Positions 39,563-49,358 of a DNA stretch of 64,000 nucleotides are shown piece after piece. The stretch is from Candidatus Hermodarchaeota archaeon (GTDB lineage Archaea > Asgardarchaeota > Thorarchaeia > Thorarchaeales > Thorarchaeaceae). Within the stretch, counting starts at the first letter, position 1. Every line of letters starts with the position of its first letter. Location of the stretch: contig JBHLLF010000003.1 of the NCBI GenBank assembly GCA_048885865.1, positions 64,001 to 128,000 of the forward strand. Reading direction: 5' to 3'. A program made the position numbers and the translations under genes. Below the pieces are notes generated by a model. The model saw only the letters and a program-made list of their open reading frames with translations, ran no database searches and was not told the DNA's origin.

Positions 39563-40132
39563 TTGACACTTCCCAAGCTAGACCCAGAAAATACCGCACT
39601 CATAATAATAGACATGCTCAATGATTTTGTTGAGGAGAATGGCGCACTTATAGTGCCAGCAGCCAAGGCGTTGGTACCAACGCAGTTGCAGATTCTCAAC
39701 AAAGCACGACAGAAGTCTTTGACCGTTGTTTACTTGGCTGACAACCATATGCCTGATGATGATGAGTTTAAAGTATGGCCCAAGCATTCTGTTGCAGGAA
39801 CACGAGGGGCTCAAGTGGTGGATGAACTAGCTCCGATTAAAGGCGAAAAAGTCATTCCCAAGCGCAGGTACTCGGGCTTTTTTGGTACAGACCTTGATTT
39901 GACTCTCAGGGAAAGGGGAATTACCAATATCATTCTGATGGGAGTCTTGACTGATATTTGCATAATGTATACATCAGCAGATGCATCAGCCAGGGGCTAC
40001 AATGTCTATGTTGTAGCGGATGGAACTGGCAGCACTGTGAGAGAGAATCATCAATTTGCCTTGCAGCATATGAAGGAAATCCACACTACTGCTGTCGTCA
40101 CTGCGAATCAGGTCTTAACCCAACTACTCTAG
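39563..40132 (+). CDS. pncA: Nicotinamidase/isochorismatase family cysteine hydrolase
   Basis: IIDMLNDF, WPKH, KRRYSGF, GVLTDICI; adjacent to pncB. Confidence 0.8.
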   Translation: MTLPKLDPENTALIIIDMLNDFVEENGALIVPAAKALVPTQLQILNKARQKSLTVVYLADNHMPDDDEFKVWPKHSVAGTRGAQVVDELAPIKGEKVIPKRRYSGFFGTDLDLTLRERGITNIILMGVLTDICIMYTSADASARGYNVYVVADGTGSTVRENHQFALQHMKEIHTTAVVTANQVLTQLL

Positions 40133-40255
40133 GCTAGGAGTGCTTCAAATTTCTCGAACATTGGCGCTTTTCCTACTCCACAGTATTATGGTATTCCTCA
40201 GGTTTATTTAGCTCCAAATGCGGATTCAATTAGTGTACTGCCGAGAGGGAAGCAG

Positions 40256-40603
40256 ATGAGTTCAATGAGCAGACGTGAGGTATGGAAGGATTCTCTGATT
40301 GCCATGAAAACATCACTGGCAAGTTCCTATGATATGAGCACAGCCGTCGACGAGCAAAGACGATTCCTCAATGCCTGGGATCGGGGTGATCTTGAATACA
40401 TGGTCTTCTCGGATTACAGACGGAATGAGGGCAAAAGGAGACTCAGAGATGTCATGGAAGTCATTGACTCTGCAATTGCGAAGTTGGATGATTGTGATAC
40501 TGAAACAGCATCCAGGGTATATCTTGATACTCTCAAGACTGTAGCACTTTTCTCAAAATGGGCTAAGGTTCTGGAAACATCCACCATGTGGTTCAGTTCC
40601 TAA
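40256..40603 (+). CDS. Hypothetical protein
   Basis: 115-aa ORF with GAGGGG SD. Confidence 0.6.
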   Translation: MSSMSRREVWKDSLIAMKTSLASSYDMSTAVDEQRRFLNAWDRGDLEYMVFSDYRRNEGKRRLRDVMEVIDSAIAKLDDCDTETASRVYLDTLKTVALFSKWAKVLETSTMWFSS

Positions 40604-40717
40604 AGGACAAGGAAAAATGGGCTAGAAGCCCGTGAGTACCAATACACAAGCCAATAGTAATGGAGATTTCTGTCGTCGATATATTAGACCCAAGCTTCTC
40701 ATCCAAGAGCGACGGAA

Positions 40718-41272
40718 TCATGCATACATACGCGATGAAACACGGGTGATCTTGAATGTACAGCTTTTATCACCCATTGACATGCAGGTTTCCTCTTCTA
40801 CGGCCAGCTTCTCATACTTGGCATTGTCGAGTTCTGTAGCGTACTCAAGAACAGCCTCGATGAATCCTCTCAGGAAATAACAGCAGAATGGCTCCTCACT
40901 TTCATGCATGCCTGTATACGGGTTCTCCTTAACCTCCAATATCGCCTCTTCGTCTTGCCACATTATTTGCAGCTTGGCAATCTTGATGTCGCCAAATGGA
41001 ATGATGAGCCGTTCAAGAGCCATCTTTATGAACTCGATGAGGCCCTTGAGATGACCAAAAGGCTTTCGTCTTCCAATCTGGAAGTACTCCTTTTGCGCTT
41101 CCACTCCTGCCATTCGACCAGCAGAGTAGTAAATGTCACGAACATGTTCTGGAAACATCTCGGCAATTCTATTTGTGAGCTTGCTCAATACCTTAGAGAA
41201 GAAAGCAGAAACCAGCTGCTTCTTATCGAGCTGTCCTCGCCACCAAGGTACGACATCTTCTCGTTTCGACAT
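40718..41272 (-). CDS. V4R (4-vinyl reductase/TRAPP-Bet3 fold) domain protein
   Basis: YSAGRMAG, PFCCYFLRGFIEA, EETCMSMGDKSCTFKI. Confidence 0.85.
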   Translation of the reverse strand: MSKREDVVPWWRGQLDKKQLVSAFFSKVLSKLTNRIAEMFPEHVRDIYYSAGRMAGVEAQKEYFQIGRRKPFGHLKGLIEFIKMALERLIIPFGDIKIAKLQIMWQDEEAILEVKENPYTGMHESEEPFCCYFLRGFIEAVLEYATELDNAKYEKLAVEEETCMSMGDKSCTFKITRVSSRMYA

Positions 41273-41403
41273 TGGAATTCTCCTAAGGCAGTGGAATTAG
41301 TGAATACAGATGTTAAGTGCTTTGCTTAGAATTCATTGAGGAGCACACAAGTGATTTATCTGGAAGCAAAAGAGCGAATGAGGGCACGAAGCCCTCATTG
41401 TGC

Positions 41404-41820
41404 TTAAACGAGCCACTTGTACGAGAGCTTCTTGTCATCGATATGCTCGAAACCAAGTTTCAGAGGCATTCCGACTTCAGGCAGGCTCATCAAATTTGTG
41501 ATGTGGGCCGTGAGCCTACGTCCCGATGGGAACTCACCGATAGCAACAACATATGGTGCTTTTGATGAAAGGCTCTCTGGTGCAAATTCAACTACCACAA
41601 AAGATACGAGCTTGGCCTCGCGCTCAGTGAACTCCTCTAATTTGCACTCACTTAGGCATTTCTGGCAGTGCTGTCTCGGTGGTAGGTATTCAGTACCACA
41701 ACTTGAACACACGCTTTTCATCAGCTTCTCTTGATCGAGTGCTTCCAGGAATTCTTGGTAGAAAGGGGTGATAGCTTTGTCTGAGCTATACCCCAGGTAA
41801 AGCTCCTTCTTCTCAGCCAC
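41404..41820 (-). CDS. DUF35 Zn-ribbon/OB-fold thiolase partner
   Basis: CSSCG..YLPPRQHCQKC, PYVVAIGE; coupled to thiolase. Confidence 0.9.
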   Translation of the reverse strand: MAEKKELYLGYSSDKAITPFYQEFLEALDQEKLMKSVCSSCGTEYLPPRQHCQKCLSECKLEEFTEREAKLVSFVVVEFAPESLSSKAPYVVAIGEFPSGRRLTAHITNLMSLPEVGMPLKLGFEHIDDKKLSYKWLV

Positions 41821-42986
41821 TAGAATCCCCTCTCAAAGATAAAGACATTAACGAACTGGCCGCTTTGCCCAACATTGTGCGCCAAACCATATTGAACGTC
41901 CTTTATCTGGCGTGATGGGTTCTCAGCCTCGCCACGCATTTGTTTCAGTATCTCATATGTCATTGACACTCCCGTCGCGCCAAGCGGATGGCCCTTACTC
42001 TTCAGTCCGCCATCAACATTTACAGGCAGTCTACCATCGTGATACATCTCTTTGTTTTCGACAAACTCGGGGCCTTTTCCTGGTTCAACGAATCCTAGGT
42101 CTTCATATGCAATGAGCTCAGCAATCGTGAAACAGTCATGGACCTGGGCCATGTTGATGTCCTCTGGACCAACTCCCGCCATCTCGTAGGCAGCCTTTCC
42201 GGCTCTTTTCGCTCCTGGAATTGAGGTCAAGCTTGGACGATCCTGAATCATCATCTCAGACGCTCCAGCTCCAATGCCTTTAATCCACATTGGCCGGTCC
42301 GTGAACTCCTTCACACGGTCTTCAGCGGCAATCACGACAGCAGCAGCACCATCTGTGATGAGACTGCAGTCATATAGATTCAAAGGTCTGCAGATTGGAA
42401 CAGCATTGTTCGCCTCCTCAAATGACACCTCTTTTGGTAGATGTGCTTTCGGGTTTTGAGCACCATAATGGTGAGATTTCACTGCTATTTTCGCCAATAT
42501 GTCGTGCGGCATATTGTACTCAGCCATATACTTCGAAGCCATTAAGGCATAGAATGCAGGGAAACTGATTCCAAAGGGATATTCCCAGCGCATATCGCCT
42601 GCCTGACTCATATACTCAGTAGCAGTGGCAGATGACACCCTATTCATCTGTTCTACTCCAAGCACCAACATTACATCATAAAGCCCAGCGGCTACCATGC
42701 CCCATGCAGCTCTCAGTGAGGCTGTGCCAGTGGTACATGCTGATTCAACCCTGAGATGTGGCTTGTCGTGAAGCCCGATATAGTCTGCAATTAGAGCTGA
42801 ACCGGCACCCTGCCCAGTGAACTGAGATGCAGCATAGGAGAGAACTGAGGCGTCAATCTTGTCTTGAGTTAAACCTTCATCATAGATTGGCTTGTATGCT
42901 TCCGCACACAGTTCTCTCATGGTGGCATCGTACCGTTTTCCGAATTTGCTGTGGCCGCCAGCAACGACAGCAACTTTTCTTGCCAT
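41820..42986 (-). CDS. Thiolase (archaeal/SCP2-type acetyl-CoA acyltransferase)
   Basis: VESACTTG, DCSLITDGAAA, VHDCFT, GGLKSKGHPLGATG. Confidence 0.93.
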   Translation of the reverse strand: MARKVAVVAGGHSKFGKRYDATMRELCAEAYKPIYDEGLTQDKIDASVLSYAASQFTGQGAGSALIADYIGLHDKPHLRVESACTTGTASLRAAWGMVAAGLYDVMLVLGVEQMNRVSSATATEYMSQAGDMRWEYPFGISFPAFYALMASKYMAEYNMPHDILAKIAVKSHHYGAQNPKAHLPKEVSFEEANNAVPICRPLNLYDCSLITDGAAAVVIAAEDRVKEFTDRPMWIKGIGAGASEMMIQDRPSLTSIPGAKRAGKAAYEMAGVGPEDINMAQVHDCFTIAELIAYEDLGFVEPGKGPEFVENKEMYHDGRLPVNVDGGLKSKGHPLGATGVSMTYEILKQMRGEAENPSRQIKDVQYGLAHNVGQSGQFVNVFIFERGF

Positions 42987-43195
42987 TTCTTTTCCTCCGG
43001 TGTCAGAACCTGCTTATGGAACATAAAACAGGTTTTTTCAATCCGTAACTACTCGCGATTTCTCATTCAACGAGGACTTAAGGTTGACGATTAGAAGAAG
43101 TTTCGTTTTGAAGGGCATTATCTTAGTGTTTGTGGCAATTCCATGCAATTGCGCTGAACCAAATCACTTAGAACCCTCAGTCATGGTTTGAAATT

Positions 43196-44140
43196 ATGAT
43201 AGAGCCCCTTGAACTTGACAGACGCGACGATGTTAGGTCAGTTTTGGAAGAGTATCTAGCATCTCTAGATGAGAATCGGAAACCCCCGCCAACCTTTATT
43301 GATCAAGTCATCGAGAATTGGAATAGCCGGGAAATCGAGATTATTGCGAAGTTGGATGCTGAAAATCAGATTCTTGGCATTGTGGTACTCGGATTGGTAT
43401 CTAACAGCATAAGCATCATCTTCATGACTGAAGCTGCCCAGGCTCTAGACAAGTATCTAGTTCAGGATATTCAGAAGGAGCTCTTGGAAGCTGGACTTAA
43501 CCGTCTCAAGACGACTGGAGATTGGATTCAAACAAGTGGTACACTTGAGGGCAGTTTGCGTGAACATGCAAAGGGTTTAGGATTCAGAGGCTTCGAGCGC
43601 ACTTCGATGGAGATTTCCAGGGATGTACTGGAGAGGATAAATGATTCCCCATTAAGCGATGATTTTTCGCTTCTTCCTTTTGAGGAGGAAATGAAGGAAA
43701 CCCTTGGTAACCTAATTCTCAGAGGCCACGCGGGATCAATAGATTTGGATGTCTTTCCTATGTTCTTTAGCACGGAAGAACTTGCCATTAAGCTAATTGA
43801 GGACACAATTGAGAATCGATATGGAGAATTCAGAAGACCCGATGATTCAAGAGTCTTGTTGCAAGCTGATACTCTCATTGGTGTATGCTTGATAACAATT
43901 CGAGGCAACTATGGCTATATACCCGACATTTGCATTGATCCGGACCTACGACGAATGGGTCTGGGAAGGACTTTGCTAATACACACACTAAAGCGGCTGA
44001 TGGCATCCTATACTGACCTTGATGGGGTTCGCCTAGATGTGACCCTTGAGAATCCAGCAAAGCATCTTTACGACTCTATTGGATTCAAGGAGCTAAGAAG
44101 ATACGAAGTTCTAAACTGGTTGAAGAAATGGTATAGCTAA
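43196..44140 (+). CDS. GNAT family acetyltransferase (tandem GNAT)
   Basis: IDPDLRRMGLGRTL, NPAKHLYDSIGF. Confidence 0.82.
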   Translation: MIEPLELDRRDDVRSVLEEYLASLDENRKPPPTFIDQVIENWNSREIEIIAKLDAENQILGIVVLGLVSNSISIIFMTEAAQALDKYLVQDIQKELLEAGLNRLKTTGDWIQTSGTLEGSLREHAKGLGFRGFERTSMEISRDVLERINDSPLSDDFSLLPFEEEMKETLGNLILRGHAGSIDLDVFPMFFSTEELAIKLIEDTIENRYGEFRRPDDSRVLLQADTLIGVCLITIRGNYGYIPDICIDPDLRRMGLGRTLLIHTLKRLMASYTDLDGVRLDVTLENPAKHLYDSIGFKELRRYEVLNWLKKWYS

Positions 44141-44184
44141 GTGTCAATTGGTCTAGTGACTAGACACCTCGCAAAGAAAGAGGG

Positions 44185-44206
44185 GGTCCTCCCTAGTGAG
44201 AGGACC
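44185..44206. terminator. Hairpin between convergent genes
   Basis: GGTCCTC-CCTAGTGA-GAGGACC. Confidence 0.45.
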
Positions 44207-44213
44207 GATAATT

Positions 44214-45035
44214 TTACTCGCCTGTGAATTTGCCTCGACGCTTTTCTAGGAGAGCTGAGATTCCCTCAGCTAGGTCCTTGGTCTTAAAGCACTCAGTACA
44301 AGCTTCTACTTCATATTTGAAGTTCTGTTCAGTTCCCTCTTCCAGAGCCAAATGAGTAGCCTTCTTAGCAAGCTTCACCGCTATGGGAGCATTTCCTCCT
44401 ACCTTTGCACCATACCACATTGCTTGGCTGAGAAGCTCATCCTTGGACACGACTTTGCTCACAAGTCCCATGGCCATGGCTTCATCGGCGGTCACCTGTC
44501 CACCAGTCAGAATCAGTTCCATGGCTTTTCCAAGACCAACAATTCTGGGTAGCCGCATGCATCCACCCCAAGCAGGAAATAGTCCCAAGCTCACCTCAGG
44601 CGTTCCCAGTTTGGCTTCCTTCTCGGCAATCCTAATGTCGCATGCTAGAGCAATCTCAAGTCCACCACCGAGAGCCAGTCCATTGATTGCAGCAATAGTC
44701 ACTTTGTCCATTGTGGCAAGTCGATCAACGATTTGCTGACCTTGAGCTATGAGGTCGCCTACATTACTTGGGTCACTCAGCAACGTCTGAGCCATCTTTA
44801 CGTCAGCACCAGTGCAATAGACCTTATCATGATTTGATGCAATCACGATAGAGCGAATATCTGGATCCTTCTCGGCCTCATCTAGAGCATCGCTGAAGTC
44901 TTGAAGGAATTGATCATTTATCGCATTGAGTGCATCAAGTCGGTTCATCTTGATGACTGCTGTGTTCTTCACAGGGGAGAGGAAAGATCCCTCTTTGCTA
45001 TACAGCATTGTTTCGAATTCTGGCATTTCAATCAC
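44214..45035 (-). CDS. Enoyl-CoA hydratase/isomerase
   Basis: YCTGADV, ALGGGLE, PEVSLGLFPAWGG. Confidence 0.9.
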   Translation of the reverse strand: MIEMPEFETMLYSKEGSFLSPVKNTAVIKMNRLDALNAINDQFLQDFSDALDEAEKDPDIRSIVIASNHDKVYCTGADVKMAQTLLSDPSNVGDLIAQGQQIVDRLATMDKVTIAAINGLALGGGLEIALACDIRIAEKEAKLGTPEVSLGLFPAWGGCMRLPRIVGLGKAMELILTGGQVTADEAMAMGLVSKVVSKDELLSQAMWYGAKVGGNAPIAVKLAKKATHLALEEGTEQNFKYEVEACTECFKTKDLAEGISALLEKRRGKFTGE

Positions 45036-45134
45036 CTGTTGAAAATCTGAGCTGTTTGGGATATGCCCTACTTAAAAATGCGCTCCTAAAATGCCACTTC
45101 TGTGACGGGGGAGGATATACTAAAAAATAGGGTG

Positions 45135-45153
45135 GCAGGGCGCTTTGCCCTGC
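45135..45153 (-). terminator. Hairpin plus T-run downstream of the 3-hydroxyacyl-CoA dehydrogenase gene
   Basis: GCAGGGC-GCTTT-GCCCTGC, followed on the minus strand by a TTTTTT run. Confidence 0.5.
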
Positions 45154-45162
45154 ATTTCAAAT

Positions 45163-46287
45163 CTACTTTAGGTACTTCGGCATGCTATAGCATTCACCAA
45201 GCTCAGACTCGAGCTTTCCGATGAATTCCCTACACCTGTCTAGGCCATATTGGTCAGCCATCTCAAATGGACCCATGGGCCAGCTAGCACCGAGCTTCAT
45301 TGCCATGTCAATGTCTTCCTTGTTGGCGATTTCGTCGTCAACAAGTATCATAGCTTCTCTAATCGCTGGCATGTTCAGCCGTTCCACAATCCAAGCAGGG
45401 TCAGCTCCCTTTGCCGCTTCAGGTTGGGCGTCGTCGGCAGCATAGTCATAGAATCCCTTCTTGGACTTCATACCTATAGCGCCAGATTCAACTAGCTTTG
45501 CTAGGGTTTCAGGAGGCTTGAAGCAGTCTCCAATCTCTCGGTAGAGTGTAGACATAGCATTAAAGGCAATGTCCAAACCAACAAAGTCACCCAGCGAGAA
45601 GGGACCAGCAGGAGCCTTTCCTATGCTGACCATTGCTGTGTCAATCTCTTCCTTCGTAGCCTCACCGCGTTCCAGCATCAGGATTGCCTCACGCATCACG
45701 GGCATTAGGAGACGATTGACAATGAAGCCAGGGCTATTTTTGGCAAAAACGGTCTGTTTGCCTTGCTTTTGGCCAACGGTCTTCGCGACGTTGATTGTTT
45801 CTTCGCTTGTCTTTTCACCGAGCACTATTTCTAGCAACTTCATTGCAGGGACTGGAGAGAAATAGTGCATTCCTATGAATTTGTCAGGACGACCAGTAGC
45901 AGTTGCCAGCTCGTCAATGCTGAGGGATGATGTATTTGTCGCAAGGATGCAATGGGCCGGTGCAACTGCATCTATTTTGGCGAAGACCTCCTTCTTGACT
46001 TCCATGTTCTCAAAAATTGCCTCGATAACAAGGTCAGCATCTTTCACCGCAGCTTCAGTGTCAGTTGTCCCGCTAAGTCTCGACATTAAGCCCTCAGCTT
46101 CAGTGATACTCATCTTGCCCTTGTCAATGCCGGTCATGACATCGGTTCGAAGCCGTTCCATGCCTTTGTCCACAAGATCCTGGTTGATATCGACCATGGC
46201 GACCTCGTACCCATTCCACGCGGACACATATGCAATTCCAGCACCCATTAGACCCGAGCCAATGACTGCAATTTTCTTGACTTCCAT
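45163..46287 (-). CDS. 3-hydroxyacyl-CoA dehydrogenase with duplicated C-terminal domain
   Basis: GSGLMGAGIA, EAIFE, NTSSL, GMHYFSP, PGFIVNRL; two IDxAM...GPF repeats. Confidence 0.93.
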   Translation of the reverse strand: MEVKKIAVIGSGLMGAGIAYVSAWNGYEVAMVDINQDLVDKGMERLRTDVMTGIDKGKMSITEAEGLMSRLSGTTDTEAAVKDADLVIEAIFENMEVKKEVFAKIDAVAPAHCILATNTSSLSIDELATATGRPDKFIGMHYFSPVPAMKLLEIVLGEKTSEETINVAKTVGQKQGKQTVFAKNSPGFIVNRLLMPVMREAILMLERGEATKEEIDTAMVSIGKAPAGPFSLGDFVGLDIAFNAMSTLYREIGDCFKPPETLAKLVESGAIGMKSKKGFYDYAADDAQPEAAKGADPAWIVERLNMPAIREAMILVDDEIANKEDIDMAMKLGASWPMGPFEMADQYGLDRCREFIGKLESELGECYSMPKYLK

Positions 46288-46298
46288 AACAGACCCTC

Positions 46299-46661
46299 CT
46301 ACATCGCACCCATCATGGCTGCAAGGATTAGATTGGCCAAGAAGTCACTCTCATGTGCATTGCCTATGACCTCGAGGCTGCCATCTCTCATTGTGTCCTT
46401 GAAGGGCACTTCACCGGTGAAGATGCCAAGGAGAGTTGCAGAATTGGCTTTGTATATCACATCCGGACTTGGATAGATACCCTCATGAAGTGTCATTCCT
46501 TCTTTGGTGACCACCATGTATTGGTCACCTTCTTCAGTATGTACCTGCAGGATTTTTCCGTCATAGGGGCCAATCCATTCTTCTACCATTTTCTTGAGGT
46601 CTTCCTTCTCATTGGTCTTGGAAGAGAGGAATTTGAAAAACTCCTGTAACTGTGACATCAT
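46299..46661 (-). CDS. SCP2 sterol/lipid-binding domain protein
   Basis: PDVIYKANSATLLGIFTGE...MRDGSLEVIGN. Confidence 0.7.
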   Translation of the reverse strand: MMSQLQEFFKFLSSKTNEKEDLKKMVEEWIGPYDGKILQVHTEEGDQYMVVTKEGMTLHEGIYPSPDVIYKANSATLLGIFTGEVPFKDTMRDGSLEVIGNAHESDFLANLILAAMMGAM

Positions 46662-46662
46662 C

Positions 46663-47190
46663 TCATTCCTCCTTTGCCATCCAGTCAGTGATTGCCTCCT
46701 GCATCGCAGCATCAACACTGACTGTCCAGATATTCCCTTTCTTTTGCTTCACTGTGCGGAGAAACTCATCATAGCGGTCACCCTCCATGGTGACGACGAC
46801 TCGTCCTTTTCTATCCTCCAAGAACGCCTGATGGTACATCTTCTTTGACGTCCAATACTCGTGCTCAATGTCGCCTTCCTTGAGGCGTGGATAGAACGGC
46901 CACTCACCGGTAGGATGAGGTCGAAACTTCTTTCCACCGGATTTCCATTTCTTGACCAGGTCTCCTGTGGCCTCCTTGAACCCGGGTCTGAATGGCCATT
47001 GAGGCACATAGCGGAATCCCTTTTCGCCATCCACCTCGCCTTTGGACCATCTACCAGTGTAGACTCGGCCACCCTTATTGTCACAGAATTGCTCCATGAC
47101 AACCTCAATGAAACCTTCAGGAGTCAATCCAGCTTCCTCAGCTAATTCCTTCATATTCTCCAGAGTCTTTCCTTCGAAATTGACTTCCAT
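46663..47190 (-). CDS. Hypothetical protein with two putative ribbon-helix-helix segments
   Basis: N-terminal EVNFEGKTLENMKELAEEAGLTPEGFIEVVMEQF and C-terminal VVVTMEGDRYDEF...AMQEAITDWM. Confidence 0.55.
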   Translation of the reverse strand: MEVNFEGKTLENMKELAEEAGLTPEGFIEVVMEQFCDNKGGRVYTGRWSKGEVDGEKGFRYVPQWPFRPGFKEATGDLVKKWKSGGKKFRPHPTGEWPFYPRLKEGDIEHEYWTSKKMYHQAFLEDRKGRVVVTMEGDRYDEFLRTVKQKKGNIWTVSVDAAMQEAITDWMAKEE

Positions 47191-47194
47191 GATA

Positions 47195-47959
47195 TCACCC
47201 CTTCTTCCTGAACGCCAGCCGCGTCCATGGCAATCCCCAACGCTCCTGGTACATTAGACCCTCGAGAGGTGGTCTGCTTGGTCCAAGTGCACGCGGTGAT
47301 ACTCGCGTCCCAATGCAGAACGCTGTCAAGGGCGTCCATGTTGGTGGAATTCCAAGTCTGTCACGAATAAGCATCGCATGGCGAGGGTCGGAGCAGACCA
47401 GTGCCTCATACCCACAGCCATACCCTAGTTCAGTTGCTGTCAACCACATGTTCTGAATTGCCATACCTGCAACTACAGACCCGAATAGCTCGTTGGGATA
47501 CTGATATCCTGCATCATGCCACATTTCGCTGGCACACACAATTATTACAGCGTCACTCTTCTCAGGATATCTGAAAAGCTCCCCATCTCTTAGCCTAGCA
47601 TAGACAGCCGCCCGATAAGGATCGTTGATGAACCAGTTCCTGCCGCTTGTCAGCTCAAAGGGGGCTCCACCAAAGGCTGTTTGAGCCATCTCTTGTGCTA
47701 TGTCGGCAAGGAACACTTTCATGTCTTCATCATCTCGTATTACAACGAAACGAATCATGAGCATGTTCTCGGGACTTGGTGCATGTCTGGCAGCTTCAAG
47801 AATCATCTCTAAATGCTCGTCGGGTAGTTTCTCGCCAGTGAATTCACGTATGGAACGTCTATCACGGATGAGCTTCAAGGATTGCAGTTCCTGAGCAACC
47901 TTAGCATCATCCTTTGCTTCACCGGCGGCATCCGACTTGCCTTCAGTATCTGTTGCCAT
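47195..47959 (-). CDS. Nitroreductase family protein
   Basis: RRSIREF, ILEAARHAPS, AIQNMWLTATELGYG. Confidence 0.88.
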   Translation of the reverse strand: MATDTEGKSDAAGEAKDDAKVAQELQSLKLIRDRRSIREFTGEKLPDEHLEMILEAARHAPSPENMLMIRFVVIRDDEDMKVFLADIAQEMAQTAFGGAPFELTSGRNWFINDPYRAAVYARLRDGELFRYPEKSDAVIIVCASEMWHDAGYQYPNELFGSVVAGMAIQNMWLTATELGYGCGYEALVCSDPRHAMLIRDRLGIPPTWTPLTAFCIGTRVSPRALGPSRPPLEGLMYQERWGLPWTRLAFRKKG

Positions 47960-48252
47960 TGATTCACCTCATGTTATATGATAAATGCGGACCTCGGTGA
48001 CAATGGGCTGCATAAATGTATTAGCTTTCTCCAAAGAAATCTGACACGCGTTCAAGATTGAGTTTATTGACGAACGATACATCGTGACATGTCGACACTA
48101 TGTGTAGATATGCAGCCATATCTTGTCAGGAACATATCCTGAATATTAACCCAGTATTGGCATGGATATACAAGATGACTTATTCCAGTTTCTTTCCTAG
48201 TAAACTGGAGTGCACTCAACTCTCCCGGACCAAAGTGTGCTCTATTACTTCT

Positions 48253-48280
48253 TGAGCAGGAGCGGACGCGCTCCTTCTCA
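48253..48280 (-). terminator. Hairpin directly downstream of the DRTGG gene
   Basis: TGAGCAGGAGCG-GACG-CGCTCCTTCTCA, 11 of 12 stem pairs. Confidence 0.55.
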
Positions 48281-48286
48281 TAATCA

Positions 48287-49357
48287 TCAACGATCATTGG
48301 CGAATCCTTTGAGGTCTAATGCATCTCCAACAATTTGCTGTACTACCGCGACTTTTTCTTTGTTCTCTGGCAAAACCGTTCCGACTAATCGGTCCACTAG
48401 CTGACCTGTGGTGTAGGTGTCGTGAGCAGTCATCATTATTGGAATGCCTAATTCCTTAGCCCGAGATAGCGTACGAATATCAGGCCCCATACCTCCCGTG
48501 AGAATCAGTAGATTCGTATCCGTTTCAAGTGCGGCTAGGCAGATGTCAGATCGGTCACCGCTCGTGATGACAGCTTTGTCTTTCGCCCTTCTGAACCATT
48601 TGAGAGCATTCTCAGGAGCCATGCTGCCAACCAAGAAACGATCGATTAGGAGATCCATCTTATCTTCTCCAGACATCATCTGACCTTCGAGAGCGCGAAG
48701 AATATCTCTTACAGTAGGACTGAACAGCTCCCGCCGTTGGTAAATAACTCCAAGAAAGTTTACACCGCTCTCTTCCAAAAAGGGCTTAATTTTATTCTCA
48801 ACTGTCTTCTTGAGCATTGGAGCAACCATATTGAGAACTACACCTATTTCCTTGATGCCTACTTGAGTGAACAAATCTCTCTGGAGGAAAACGTCGTCTA
48901 TTGCTATTATGTCTGGAAAATTGACTAGAATAATGACAGACGCTTCAAACTCCTTAGCAATTTGTGGAGCTGAAAGACCAACATGTAGGAGATGCCACGG
49001 CGCTTTGGCACTCTCAATCACCATGTAATCCTTTCCAACAGAGCCTTTGCTATAGCAGTCCTTGATTCTCTTGAGAAGCTCGTCATGGCCAATTTGAAGT
49101 AGTTCATCATAGCTCGACTTCGTTCGAATTATTGGACTGATACAGGATACATCGACATCGAGTCCAAGTACCTCCTTCATAACTGCAGCGTCTTCATCCA
49201 CATCCACTTCATCGCTGCTAAGCTCAAAGCTCTTGTCACCAACCGGCTTGAAGTAGCCAACCTTATGTCCTTGCTTCTGAAGCTTGGCTGCTAATGCCAG
49301 AGCAACCATGGTCTTTCCAGTCAGTGTTTCGCCACTGATTACAATATTCTTCGCCAT
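48287..49357 (-). CDS. Pta N-terminal-like (BioD/AAA_26 + DRTGG) protein
   Basis: GKTMVAL, GYFKPVG, DEDA, ITSGDRSD, LILTGG. Confidence 0.88.
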   Translation of the reverse strand: MAKNIVISGETLTGKTMVALALAAKLQKQGHKVGYFKPVGDKSFELSSDEVDVDEDAAVMKEVLGLDVDVSCISPIIRTKSSYDELLQIGHDELLKRIKDCYSKGSVGKDYMVIESAKAPWHLLHVGLSAPQIAKEFEASVIILVNFPDIIAIDDVFLQRDLFTQVGIKEIGVVLNMVAPMLKKTVENKIKPFLEESGVNFLGVIYQRRELFSPTVRDILRALEGQMMSGEDKMDLLIDRFLVGSMAPENALKWFRRAKDKAVITSGDRSDICLAALETDTNLLILTGGMGPDIRTLSRAKELGIPIMMTAHDTYTTGQLVDRLVGTVLPENKEKVAVVQQIVGDALDLKGFANDR

Positions 49358-49358
49358 C

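Noticed and set aside
48064-48297. 77-aa minus-strand ORF in the intergenic gap
   Set aside because: No motif or SD, and it runs through a terminator-like hairpin
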